64,000 nt of DNA from a bacterium (GCA_965205865.1 CBDBHR010000030.1:448001-512000); one strand, 5' to 3'. Positions 40,446 to 50,304 are shown, numbered from the stretch's first letter. The notes: generated from the sequence alone by a model not told the origin. Translations and numbers: made by a program.

Positions 40446-41417
40446 ATGAGCGACACCAAAGATATTCAACCCACAATCATTGAGCCCAAGCGACGAAGCC
40501 GGTTTGCTGATTTCTTTATCAGGCTGCTCAAGGAGAAGCCGTTGGGGACCTTCAGCGGGGTGATCGTCTTGATCTTTATGGTGGTGGCTATCTTTGCCGA
40601 TGAGTTGGCCCCTTATCCCTATAAGAAAATGCACATGGCCGATCGGCTGACTGGCCCCTCCGCTCAGTATCTGCTGGGCACCGACCATACGGGGCGTGAC
40701 TTGTTGAGCCGCCTGATCGTCGGGGCTCGGATTTCCTTAACCGTTGGTCTGGCCGCAACGGCGCTCAATGTCGTCGTCGCGCTCCTCATCGGCGGCATTT
40801 CGGGATTTATTGGAGGGAAATGGGACCTGGCGGTGCAGCGCTTCGTCGATGCCTGGATGGCCTTTCCGGGGCTGCTCTTGTTGTTGACCATCATGTCCAT
40901 CGTGGGTCAGGGGTTATTCCAGCTGATCGTGGTGCTGGGGATCACCGGAGGCATCAGTGGCTCAAGAGTCATCAGAAGCGCCGTGATCGCTATCAAAGAG
41001 AATGACTATTTTCTGGCAGCCCAAGCCGTGGGCACCCCCATGCGCCAAATCCTGAGCCGCCATGTGCTGCCCAATATTATGGCGCCGCTCATCATCATCT
41101 TCTCCATTAACATCGGCGGGGTCATCATTGCCGAAGCCTCGCTGAGCTTCCTCGGATTCGGACTGCCAACCCAGATTCCCAGCTGGGGCGGGATGCTGAG
41201 CCGGGAAGGGCGCAAATTCATGGAGCAGGCGCCCTGGCTGGCACTCTGGCCGGGGATTTGCCTGACGATTGTCGTTTACTCCCTAAACATGTTCGGCGAT
41301 GCCATGCGGGACCTGCTCGATCCCCGACTGCGGGGCGGCCAAGGAAGTTATGGCACCGCGATAGTGAAACGCAAACGAGGATTCCTCTCTCGACTGATCT
41401 CCCCTTTCAACTGGTAA
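40446..41417 (+). CDS. Peptide/nickel ABC permease (DppC-like)
   Basis: LLGTD..GRDLLSRL..GARISL, RHVLPNI, EASLSFLG.G, PSWG.ML, GDAMRDLLDPR. Confidence 0.94.
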   Translation: MSDTKDIQPTIIEPKRRSRFADFFIRLLKEKPLGTFSGVIVLIFMVVAIFADELAPYPYKKMHMADRLTGPSAQYLLGTDHTGRDLLSRLIVGARISLTVGLAATALNVVVALLIGGISGFIGGKWDLAVQRFVDAWMAFPGLLLLLTIMSIVGQGLFQLIVVLGITGGISGSRVIRSAVIAIKENDYFLAAQAVGTPMRQILSRHVLPNIMAPLIIIFSINIGGVIIAEASLSFLGFGLPTQIPSWGGMLSREGRKFMEQAPWLALWPGICLTIVVYSLNMFGDAMRDLLDPRLRGGQGSYGTAIVKRKRGFLSRLISPFNW

Positions 41418-41424
41418 GCGGACA

Positions 41425-41612
41425 AAAGGAGCCTCTTCCAAAAGTATTTGCCTTGTTTTTTCTTCACGGATGGCATTTTGACGGGCTTGGTATAAGTGAT
41501 AATAGGCTTCTTTTTCAGAAAATCGTTCTAAGATTGCCATTGCTTGCCTCATTTCAGGGGTGTTGATAATTTCAGGTAATTCTCTCCAATTTTCGGCTTC
41601 TTTAAAAAAATA
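41425..41612 (-). pseudogene. Rpn/PD-(D/E)XK nuclease-like C-terminal fragment (second copy)
   Basis: YFFKEAENWRELPEIINTPEMRQAMAILERFSEKEAYYHLYQARQNAIREEKTRQ; cut at the GTAACTATTCAG repeat. Confidence 0.65.
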
Positions 41613-41613
41613 C

Positions 41614-42645
41614 GTAACTATTCAGGTATCTTCAGAGAGCCCATCGATTTAAGCACGGATTTTGCAGGGTCGCTCTCGCGGAGGGTTCCCACACGATCGA
41701 TTAAACAATATCGTGGGAGGTCAACCCGGTCATCAAGGCCATCATTTGGCTTTCAGTGAATCGCCAGATCATGTGGAATTGTCAACACCTGTTAAGCCTG
41801 TGGAAAAGATTTATCCAAGGTGACGGTTGAGTCCACGCTTAAACGTCGACATCAGCCAAGAAGCACTCGAGCTCTATCCTGCAAAACCTCAAAAAAAGAA
41901 ACGAGGACGCCCCAAACAGACGAAAGCAAAAAATTTACTCGATCATTTGATCCTCTATGAAAAGGAAAGCTTGTTATTCATGCATGACTTTCAAGTTCCT
42001 TTTGACAACAACCAAGCCGAGAGAGATATCCGCATGGTCAAATTGAAACAGAAAATCTTATCGCCGTTGGAAAAAACGCTGGACTGTGGAGCGAACATTC
42101 GCTTTTTGGCTCATGCCGGAGATGGACCGCAATATATCTTTTTATAGCTGACCTCCTTTTTTGCGCAATTCTCCTGATCCAAACTTGCTATAGGCTTTGC
42201 GCCGTGTAGTAGTGCTGAAATCATGCCTTGTCGTTTTAGGGAAGGAGAGGATTTCCGCTCGTTTGATTCAAAATTAGCTGTGGAAGAGTTCCCGCTCGAT
42301 CGATTGAACAATACCCTGGGAGGATGTGAAAACGATGGATCCTCCCCAGGAATCTTTTTTCAACGTTATTGAACTGAACGGCTTCTGACTGTCCCCGGAT
42401 TTGAGCAGATTTATTGATTTTTATTTTTTTTTTGCGAATCCCGCATTTATTTTGCCTTGGGGGGTTGACATTGGGTTGTTATTATTGTACCAGAATGATG
42501 CCGTCACTGAGTTGTTTTAGTGACAGAAAGGGTTCTCGATCGATTGAGCAATATCGTGGGAGGACGTGAAAACGATTGATCTTCCCCGGGAATCTTTTTT
42601 AATGATATTTAAATAAACGGGTTTTTGAGAGACCTGAATAGTTAT
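41614..42645 (+). mobile_element. IS66-family remnant bounded by GTAACTATTCAGGT / ACCTGAATAGTTAT inverted repeats
   Basis: 13/14-bp inverted repeats starting GTAA; internal fragment 41860-42060 [15 protein letters not shown]...[21 protein letters not shown] is an IS66 TnpC C-terminal motif. Confidence 0.7.
42435..42645 (+). promoter_or_regulatory. Duplicated promoter/leader, copy 2 (TTGACA at 42465)
   Basis: Highly similar to 36565-36778; hairpin GTCACTGA-N6-TTAGTGAC at 42503-42524. Confidence 0.7.
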
Positions 42646-42766
42646 AATCTGTAATATGGAGTAATGTTATGCAACCGCAAAAAATGAAACTTGTTGCCTC
42701 CCACGTGGAGCTGAACCCGGCAGGCTTCTGGTCTGCTGCACAAAACTTGTCCTCGCGAAAGCGGGG

Positions 42767-44581
42767 ATGCAATCCTTGTTGCTCACCTTCACCCTGATGG
42801 TGGCCGCTTTTTGGGTCAGTCCGGCCGTGGCGGCTGATAAAGAGACTGTGACCGACCCCGCCACCGGCAGGACTTGGACTGCGCCTGAGTATGGCGGGAC
42901 ACTCACTTGGGCCGCCAGACACCATCCTCCGGTTATTGACCCCTGGTTTAATCCTACCTGGGCGCAACACTTTATCGGTGGTGTTAATGAGGACCTAGTC
43001 TTCGCCGACTGGGGACTATCCAGGGATATATGGCGCGGTGAACAAGCCCGGATTAATACCCCCGAGATGGCTAGAGGGGCTCTGGCTGAAAGCTGGTCAA
43101 TGCCCGACGACACAACGTTCGTCTGGAACATCCGCAAGGGCGTTAACTGGGACGATAAGGCGCCGGTGAACGGCCGAGAGTTTGATGCCTATGACGTCGA
43201 ATGGAACTATCACCGCTATTTGGGTCTGGGCGATTTCACCGAAGACGGACCCAGCCCACACGCAGGCAATTTCTTGAGTCTATCGGGTGGGGCACAGCAC
43301 GAGGTTGTCGAATCGGTAACGGCCACCGACAAATGGACGGTTGTTGTTAAGCTGAAGAAGCCTATACTCGATCCGTTTGCGAAATTTCTCGCCAACTATT
43401 TTTTCGTGCTCCCTCGCGAGGTAATCGAGAAATACGGCGACGCTAAGGACTGGAGGAACGTGGTCGGCACCGGGCCCTTGAGACTGACTGACTGGGTCGA
43501 GGGCAGCTCGGCAAGCTGGGAGAAGAATCCTAACTACTGGAAGGACGACGAGAAGTTCCCGGGGAACCGCCTGCCCTATATTGACGAGTACAAATCCCTG
43601 CTGATGCCAGACATTTCAACACGTCTGGCGTCACTGCGCACGGGTAAGATTGATATGTTGAGTCAACTCGGCGACGCTTATATAACCTCTATCGACAATG
43701 TAGCGTCACTCCAGAAGACCAACCCTGAAATGGAGTTCTGGCCCGTTTATGGCCGGCCAAGTGGCGTTTTCCTTTTTAACCACTCTATGCCGCTCACGCA
43801 GGACGTCAACGTGCGCAAGGCACTGCAGATGGCAGTGGACCGCGAGACAATGGCCGCTTCCTACTTTAAAGGGTATGCGGATCCAGCGCCTTATGGGATG
43901 GTTGGGCAATTCAATGAGGCAGGGTGGTACTGGCCATATAAAGACTGGCCCGACGAGGTCAAGGCAGGCTATAGGTATGACCCGGCAGGGGCAGAAGCGT
44001 TGCTTGATGAGGCTGGATATCCGCGCGGCGCCGACGGCTATAGATTCAAGATCAAGATAAACGTGTTCGACAGGTTCGAGCCGACCTATGGAGAGGTCCT
44101 CATGGGGTACTTCGACGCCATTGGCATTGAAACCACCGATCTTAGAATTTTGACTGGAGCTGAGATTGGTCCTCTTGTCGGTAACCCGGACACGCACGAG
44201 TGGGCGTTATCTGCTATGTATTATGGGTACTTCGCCGGCAGCTCCTTTTTTCCGTATACCTTTAACATTGTTACTCAAAACCCCACGCTGAATTCTTGGG
44301 GGAGCTTGGCCAATGCGAAGGACCCGCGTATGGACGCCCTGTATGTTGCCGCCAAAGAAACTACCGACATTGAGGAGTTTAAGAGTCTTTGGAGACAGGC
44401 CGATGAGATCACTGTAAGGGAGCACTGGGGCCTGGTTAAACCCAACTCCCCTATGTTTTTCGTGAGCCAGCCGTGGGTCCAGGGTTATTTCGGTGAAGCA
44501 ACAATGGGACAGGGTGAACGTAATACCCACCTAGCCCGCATCTGGATTGATAGTGAGCTGAAGAAAGCAATGGGTCATTAG
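42767..44581 (+). CDS. ABC transporter substrate-binding protein, family 5 (paralog of 37060-38841)
   Basis: Same signal peptide and DPATG.TWTAPEYGGT start; LAESW, VGTGP, VRKALQMAVDR. Confidence 0.94.
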   Translation: MQSLLLTFTLMVAAFWVSPAVAADKETVTDPATGRTWTAPEYGGTLTWAARHHPPVIDPWFNPTWAQHFIGGVNEDLVFADWGLSRDIWRGEQARINTPEMARGALAESWSMPDDTTFVWNIRKGVNWDDKAPVNGREFDAYDVEWNYHRYLGLGDFTEDGPSPHAGNFLSLSGGAQHEVVESVTATDKWTVVVKLKKPILDPFAKFLANYFFVLPREVIEKYGDAKDWRNVVGTGPLRLTDWVEGSSASWEKNPNYWKDDEKFPGNRLPYIDEYKSLLMPDISTRLASLRTGKIDMLSQLGDAYITSIDNVASLQKTNPEMEFWPVYGRPSGVFLFNHSMPLTQDVNVRKALQMAVDRETMAASYFKGYADPAPYGMVGQFNEAGWYWPYKDWPDEVKAGYRYDPAGAEALLDEAGYPRGADGYRFKIKINVFDRFEPTYGEVLMGYFDAIGIETTDLRILTGAEIGPLVGNPDTHEWALSAMYYGYFAGSSFFPYTFNIVTQNPTLNSWGSLANAKDPRMDALYVAAKETTDIEEFKSLWRQADEITVREHWGLVKPNSPMFFVSQPWVQGYFGEATMGQGERNTHLARIWIDSELKKAMGH

Positions 44582-44615
44582 TGGCTTCACCCCTTGTGGC
44601 TGACCTCAGGGAAAA

Positions 44616-44650
44616 AGGGAGCTGGGAGGCTTGAGCTTCCCAGCTCCCTT
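44616..44650. terminator. Strong hairpin after the SBP gene (terminator or mRNA stabiliser)
   Basis: AAGGGAGCTGGGAGGC-TTGA-GCTTCCCAGCTCCCTT; A-run on the left, weak T-run on the right. Confidence 0.65.
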
Positions 44651-44689
44651 GCTTAACTAATTGAACGCCGAGAGGAGTCCTTTCGTACT

Positions 44690-44764
44690 GTCATCCCGGA
44701 CTTGATCCGGGATCCAGGAGTTCTTGGGTAGGTCCCCTAGATTCCGGGTCAAGCACGGAATGAC
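44690..44764. repeat. Inverted pair of GTCAT-type palindromes (REPIN/BIME-like)
   Basis: GTCATCCCGGACTTGATCCGGGATCCA-N21-TAGATTCCGGGTCAAGCACGGAATGAC. Confidence 0.8.
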
Positions 44765-44850
44765 AAATCAAACTAAATAGTCGTTCCTGAAACAAGGCTC
44801 AACTATATCCTGACAGCAGTTCTAATCCGCAGAATGATGAGGAGTGTCAC

Positions 44851-45216
44851 ATGAGAGCCTATCTCATCAGGCGGTTATTGCTGATCATCCCCACCCTGTT
44901 CATATTGACCATCATCGTCTTTCTCGCGGTGCGCTTCATCCCCGGCGATGCAGTAGACGTAATTCTGGCTAGCATGGAAAGCTCTGAACTGGCTCAACGT
45001 GAGACTCTTGAGCGTATGCTGGGATTAGACGTGCCCGTCTACGTGCAGTATGGACGCTGGATAGGAGTGTTGCCGACCCCTGACTGGGTTACCGGTGAGC
45101 CCCAGTTTAGAGGTCTCCTCCAGGGCACCTTTGGCGACTCAATGCGGGGCTGGTCGCCATCGGTGGCGCTGATTCCCTTCAATGTTTATCCCATCTATTA
45201 TTATTGCTCCTACTAA
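44851..45216 (+). pseudogene. DppB-like permease, internally deleted and 3'-truncated
   Basis: Matches the 38953 paralog to GTFG, jumps to GWSPS (about 75 codons missing), then loses homology after LIPF. Confidence 0.85.
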
Positions 45217-45367
45217 AAATGATTCACTCCTGAGATTCTAAATTAACGTCTATTCCGGAATTAGACTGAACGACGGAGGCGCAAATCGATACGCTGAGGA
45301 ATTTCCTCGTCCACCACGCTACTTGGGTATACCCGCCCGAGGTCAAGAAGCACGGCGATTTTATAGT

Positions 45368-47074
45368 TTACGAAGCCCCACGCAGGATACGTCCGGGGCG
45401 CTCACCGGTCAGTTCATCATCCTGCAGGACCACCTGGCCGTTGCAGACGGTCGCTTTGTATCCGACTGCATGCTGAATGAACCGCGGCGCGCCGAAGGGG
45501 AAGTCATGCGCGATTTCCGGCATGCGTTCTTCGAGCCGGTCGATATCGAACACATTGAGGTCGGCGCGTTTACCCTCAGCTATGGTGCCACGATCCTCGA
45601 GACCCAACACAGTGGCTGGCATAGCGCTGATGCGTCGCACGGCTTCTTGAATTGAGTAAATCCCCTTGTCCCGATGCCAGTGTGAAAGGATGAAGGTGGC
45701 CCAACCGGAGTCCATCATCTGGCTGACATGGGCACCGGCATCACCAAGACCAGGCATGGCCCACTCCGTAGTGATCAAAGCGGGAAGGGCATCAAGGTCT
45801 TGGTTGGCAAAGCGAAAATGGAAAAGGGCTTTCCCATTCGTCTGGTCGCTAATACGCAGCCAGGTTTCCACCGGGTGTTCACCTGCTGCTTTCGCTAAGG
45901 CAACCAGATTTTGCGAGAGATCCTGGGTGTAGCAGGGCCGGGCAGCATCACCCATATAGAAGCACCACTTCATCCATTCGATATATTCTGTCTCCTGGGC
46001 TTTCGCTTCTTCTACCAGGCGTTTTCGGGTTTCAGGGTTGCGAATGGCTTGCACCCGCCCCTCCGGATCGAGTTTGCGAAGTTCCTGCCATGCGGGAGGC
46101 AGAACATTTGGGTTTTCGAAGGATATACGATAGAAGTTATGAGTTGAGAGGCCGCCCACGCCGCTGACGCTGCGAGCCGGCGTCACGGAGTTGATATTGA
46201 GGCCTTCGGCGCGCATTGCCGTCACACGCTCATTCAGACGCTCAAAGCCCTGATCGATCACGGAACTGAATAAGACCCCTCGTGTCAAGCGGGCTTCATC
46301 AGCGAAGAGATCCATTTCCGCATCGAAGTTGACGTCGCCAAAGCCGTTATCTTTTCTTAAGTGAGAGACGGTTTGCATGATGCCACCCTGCGCTCCCACT
46401 TCCTTCGCAACGGCGCGTAACTCAGCACGATCGGCAAACGTCCCTGGGATGGAACGGCCATCAGGCAAGCGGTGTGGAGGGAAACGATTGGTTGAGAAAC
46501 CGACGGCGCCTTCTTTCACGGACTGACCTGCTAACTCAGCAATCTGACGGATCTCCTCCTCGGTCGCCAATTCTTCGACCGATCGCTCCCCCATGACATA
46601 AAAACGGATCGCGCAATGCCCCACCAATCCGCAAATGTTGATCGATGGTCTCAGCACTTCAAGGGCGTCCAGGTAACCTCCGTAGGACTGCCAACTCCAG
46701 GGCAGTCCATGCAGGATCGCTTGCTTGGGGATGTCCTCAACCGATTCCATCATCCCCGCCAGAAATTCACGGTCAGAGACCTTGCATGGAGCAAAGGAGA
46801 CCCCGCAATTGCCGATCAGCGCCGTGGTGACGCCATGCCAGCTCACTGAAGTGACTTGAGGATCCCAGCCGATCTGGGCGTCGAGGTGCGTGTGTAAATC
46901 GATAAAACCTGGCGAGACCATGAGGCCCTCGGCTTGAATTTCCTGTTTGCCTTTGCCACTGACTTTGCCGATCTCAACGATCTGGTCTCCCTTAATAGCG
47001 ACATCCGCTTGAAAGGGTTCTGCTCCGGTACCGTCCACAACGGTACCGTTCCTGATAACGAGGTCATGACTCAT
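45368..47074 (-). CDS. N-acyl-D-amino-acid deacylase family amidohydrolase
   Basis: DLVIRNGTVVDGTG, PGFIDLHTHLD, GVTT...GNCG, DAGAH, G.RADLNVFD. Confidence 0.92.
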   Translation of the reverse strand: MSHDLVIRNGTVVDGTGAEPFQADVAIKGDQIVEIGKVSGKGKQEIQAEGLMVSPGFIDLHTHLDAQIGWDPQVTSVSWHGVTTALIGNCGVSFAPCKVSDREFLAGMMESVEDIPKQAILHGLPWSWQSYGGYLDALEVLRPSINICGLVGHCAIRFYVMGERSVEELATEEEIRQIAELAGQSVKEGAVGFSTNRFPPHRLPDGRSIPGTFADRAELRAVAKEVGAQGGIMQTVSHLRKDNGFGDVNFDAEMDLFADEARLTRGVLFSSVIDQGFERLNERVTAMRAEGLNINSVTPARSVSGVGGLSTHNFYRISFENPNVLPPAWQELRKLDPEGRVQAIRNPETRKRLVEEAKAQETEYIEWMKWCFYMGDAARPCYTQDLSQNLVALAKAAGEHPVETWLRISDQTNGKALFHFRFANQDLDALPALITTEWAMPGLGDAGAHVSQMMDSGWATFILSHWHRDKGIYSIQEAVRRISAMPATVLGLEDRGTIAEGKRADLNVFDIDRLEERMPEIAHDFPFGAPRFIQHAVGYKATVCNGQVVLQDDELTGERPGRILRGAS

Positions 47075-47433
47075 AGTATTCCTTTAATTTTTTGGTTTTT
47101 CTCTGATCACTAAAAACGATTGTGAAGGACGGTATGAATGCAAGCATATTACTTTGCTGTTTCCTAAAAGACAATATCATTGGAAAAACGTTTTTGAAAA
47201 TCCATTATAACGGACGGCTATAACAAACGGTCAAGTCAACCGTACTACTCTTAACCTAAAACTTTTGGACCCCATCTTCCTATTGGTTTTCTAAATCAAA
47301 ATGGTCCATATTCCTCGCTTCGGTTTATTTTCATTGGAAAGCGATACGGGGAACTCGCTCGGACAGTTAACCCCCGCAAAGCTTGCCAGGCTCCGCTTCT
47401 CCACAGTTGAGAGCTTTTGTTATTATGAATCGC

Positions 47434-48528
47434 TCAACTTAGATCTGAATAAGGAGCCAGACGGACTGTTTGCCTGCGGGCTCCCCAGGTTCCCGGATAT
47501 TCGGCAAACTTCCCCAAGCAACGAGTTCCACAGTTATTGCAGCGTCCCTCTTCGGATAGATTCCAATCACTCAGCACATACCAGTCCCGGCCGATGAGAA
47601 TCTGACCACACTGATGGCAATATGTGCTGGCAGCCGATTTGTCGCTTACATTTCCCACATAGACATAACGGATGCCATTTTTCATGGCAATATTTCGTGC
47701 TCGAATGAGTGTGGACGGTGGAGTGCGCAGGATATTCCGCATCTTCCAATCAGGGTGAAATGCTGTAAAGTGAAGGGGAACTGCCGGACCCAGATTTTCC
47801 ACGATCCACTGAGTCATCTCCTCCAGTTCCTGCTCCGAATCATTGTGTCCCGGGATGATCAGATTCGTAATTTCAAACCAGACCTTGGTTTCATACTTTA
47901 AATATTTTAAAGTCTCCAGCACTGGGGAGAGTTGCCCGGCGCAAAGCCGCTTATAAAATTGTTCTGTAAAACCTTTGAGATCCACATTGGCGGCGTCCAT
48001 ATTTTGAAAGAATTCTTCTCTCGCCTGCGGAGTGATGTATCCTGCTGTCACCGCCACGGAATCAATGCCTTCTTCCTTGCATGCCTTTGCGATATCAACG
48101 GCATATTCTAAAAAAATTACAGGGTCGTTATACGTGTAGGCCACACTGCGGCATCCTGACTGTTTGGCGGCTCTGGCAATGGTTTCCGGAGTGGCTTCAT
48201 CCATCAGACGGTCCAACTCGCGAGATTTGCTGATGTCCCAGTTCTGACAAAACTTGCAGGCCAAATTGCATCCTGCGGTTCCAAAGGATAAAACAGGGGT
48301 GCCGGGTAGGTAATGGTTCAATGGTTTCTTTTCAATAGGATCTATGCAAAATCCACTGGATCGCCCATAGGTGGTCAGCAAGAGTCGATCGTCCTCCCGT
48401 TTGCGTACAAAACACAATCCCCGTTGCTCATTGCGCAATCGGCAAAAGCGAGGGCAGATATCACATTGAATGCGACCATCGGCCATCTGGTGCCAGTATC
48501 GTGCTGTTTTATTCAACTTCCGCCCCAA
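47434..48528 (-). CDS. amrS: AmmeMemoRadiSam system radical SAM enzyme
   Basis: C..CPR.C, DPIEKKPL.H, GCNLACKFCQNWDIS (CxxxCxxC), AYTYNDP, HFTAFHP. Confidence 0.95.
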   Translation of the reverse strand: MGRKLNKTARYWHQMADGRIQCDICPRFCRLRNEQRGLCFVRKREDDRLLLTTYGRSSGFCIDPIEKKPLNHYLPGTPVLSFGTAGCNLACKFCQNWDISKSRELDRLMDEATPETIARAAKQSGCRSVAYTYNDPVIFLEYAVDIAKACKEEGIDSVAVTAGYITPQAREEFFQNMDAANVDLKGFTEQFYKRLCAGQLSPVLETLKYLKYETKVWFEITNLIIPGHNDSEQELEEMTQWIVENLGPAVPLHFTAFHPDWKMRNILRTPPSTLIRARNIAMKNGIRYVYVGNVSDKSAASTYCHQCGQILIGRDWYVLSDWNLSEEGRCNNCGTRCLGKFAEYPGTWGARRQTVRLAPYSDLS

Positions 48529-49102
48529 ACTCGATTGTTGCGTAACGCTCCACCCGGATGGTCTCGGACCAATAGTCGGCAGGCAGTTTTGTTTTCATTT
48601 TCAGGTGTTCCAGGAAAGCCTGGGGTGAGGGAAAATCGTTCCAGACACTGGGGAGAAACGTTCCTCGCCGATTCCCATCCGTCAAAATCAAACCATCAAC
48701 GCCGGGATGCAGTTGCGCGATCAAATTTGCTTCCGAATGAAATACAACCGCTATTGCCCGGCTCAATACAGATATTTTGATATCCAAATCATCCCACTCT
48801 TCCGGACGTAAAAAGGGGAATCGTGAATCCCGGAAAGCTGCGGCATAAGCATTTTCCAGCACATCATGGGCCAGGGGACGCTTCGCCTCCATGGAACCAA
48901 TGCATCCCCGCAGATTCGTCAGTTTGCTCAAAGTAACAAAGGATGCCCCGTTTTCTCCCAGAATTCCCTGCAGATCTTCTGATTTCGTTTTCAGGACTTT
49001 TCCCTTTTCCAAGCCGTGTCGTATCGATAAGGCTGCTAAACTATACAGGTGATTCTTCTCTTTTACAGTCAAGAAGTCTTGATTGACGGAATATTCTTCC
49101 AT
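48509..49102 (-). CDS. amrA: AmmeMemoRadiSam system protein A (AMMECR1)
   Basis: ASFVTL....LRGCIG, AAF.D.RF, ISVLS, GTFLPSVW. Confidence 0.95.
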   Translation of the reverse strand: MEEYSVNQDFLTVKEKNHLYSLAALSIRHGLEKGKVLKTKSEDLQGILGENGASFVTLSKLTNLRGCIGSMEAKRPLAHDVLENAYAAAFRDSRFPFLRPEEWDDLDIKISVLSRAIAVVFHSEANLIAQLHPGVDGLILTDGNRRGTFLPSVWNDFPSPQAFLEHLKMKTKLPADYWSETIRVERYATIEFGAEVE

Positions 49103-49142
49103 GGAGAGGATTACCGGAGAGAAAGTTACTGCAGGAACTTAT

Positions 49143-49955
49143 TTAAGATTCAGTCAATATCCATGATCCATAGCCAACGACCCGGTCCTTGTTTCCGACA
49201 CTATCTCCTGAATTGCAAAGATTCACTCGCCGGATTCGAAGTTGCCGCTTCTGCGCAATGGTCAGTAAGCCTCTGATTGGATTACGTCCACAGGCGCTTT
49301 CGTAATCCAGTTTTTCCCCCTCAAACCGTTCAATATATTCTGCGGTTTCCAGGTCCATACGTTGAGCGGTTCGGTAATCGTGAAAATGGCTCAAATCCGA
49401 ACTGATCACAATCAAGGTTTCCACTCCCCCCCAAAGCGTTTCCAGAATTGCTCCTATTTGCAATCCAGTCGCATCTCCCACTACCAGGGGGATCAAGACA
49501 AAATCTTCCAAGCATTCCTGCAAAAATGGTAGATGGACTTCCAGACTGTGTTCGGTAGCATGAGCGGCATCCAGGATTTGCGCATAATCGTATTGCCGTA
49601 ACAATTGTTGAATTTGTGAAAGATCAATTGGGATGCGACCCAAAGGGGTTGCAAAGTATTCCGTAGAGGGGGCGGCTAATCCGATAAGCGGGACCCGGTG
49701 CGCAGGGCCTAAAAGCACGACTCGCTTGATGCGGGATTTTGCGGATAGGAGGGATCGATAGGCGATTGCGGCAACAGAACCGGAATATTTGTACCCTGCA
49801 TGTGGAGCAATAATGGCCTTAGCAGTCATTTTTTCGGAATCCGGGGAAGAATCCAGGAATTCCTTGATTTGTTTACGAAGAACTGCAGGATTTCCCGGAT
49901 AAAATAAACTGGCCACTGCCGGGGGACGGATAGTCTTTGCAGATGAATCTATCAT
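49143..49955 (-). CDS. amrB: AmmeMemoRadiSam system protein B (MEMO1)
   Basis: RPPAVA..FYP, PHAGY.YSG, LGPAH, EHSLEVHLPFLQ, SSDLSHF, ACG, VVGY; start taken at MIDSS. Confidence 0.95.
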   Translation of the reverse strand: MIDSSAKTIRPPAVASLFYPGNPAVLRKQIKEFLDSSPDSEKMTAKAIIAPHAGYKYSGSVAAIAYRSLLSAKSRIKRVVLLGPAHRVPLIGLAAPSTEYFATPLGRIPIDLSQIQQLLRQYDYAQILDAAHATEHSLEVHLPFLQECLEDFVLIPLVVGDATGLQIGAILETLWGGVETLIVISSDLSHFHDYRTAQRMDLETAEYIERFEGEKLDYESACGRNPIRGLLTIAQKRQLRIRRVNLCNSGDSVGNKDRVVGYGSWILTES

Positions 49956-49977
49956 AATCCGCTCTACTGGTTTTTCC

Positions 49978-50304
49978 CTATTTCGCATTTTCGGAAGGCT
50001 GAGTTTTTTCTCTGATTTTCCGAACAATTTGATCAACCAAATCCGGCATTGCTTGCGCAATAGCCTTTTGCACTGAAGATGCAATCACTTTTTCCAGTAA
50101 TCGTCCCAGTTGCTCGGACGCGTTGCTATCCGGAAAATCCGTTCTCATCGATTCCTCATTGTCCTTAACAATTTCTTGTTCTTTCTGGCGTACAGCTTCT
50201 TTTGTAAGGTCTTCTTCAAAGATATCATCTTTTGTGATTGCATCAACGGATTTTTCCTGGAAAACTTCAGAAACGATATCCCATTCTTTTTCTGATCTTG
50301 CCAT
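49978..50304 (-). CDS. Hypothetical acidic protein with helical C-terminus
   Basis: SD AAGGAG upstream, co-oriented with amrB, protein-like composition. Confidence 0.7.
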   Translation of the reverse strand: MARSEKEWDIVSEVFQEKSVDAITKDDIFEEDLTKEAVRQKEQEIVKDNEESMRTDFPDSNASEQLGRLLEKVIASSVQKAIAQAMPDLVDQIVRKIREKTQPSENAK

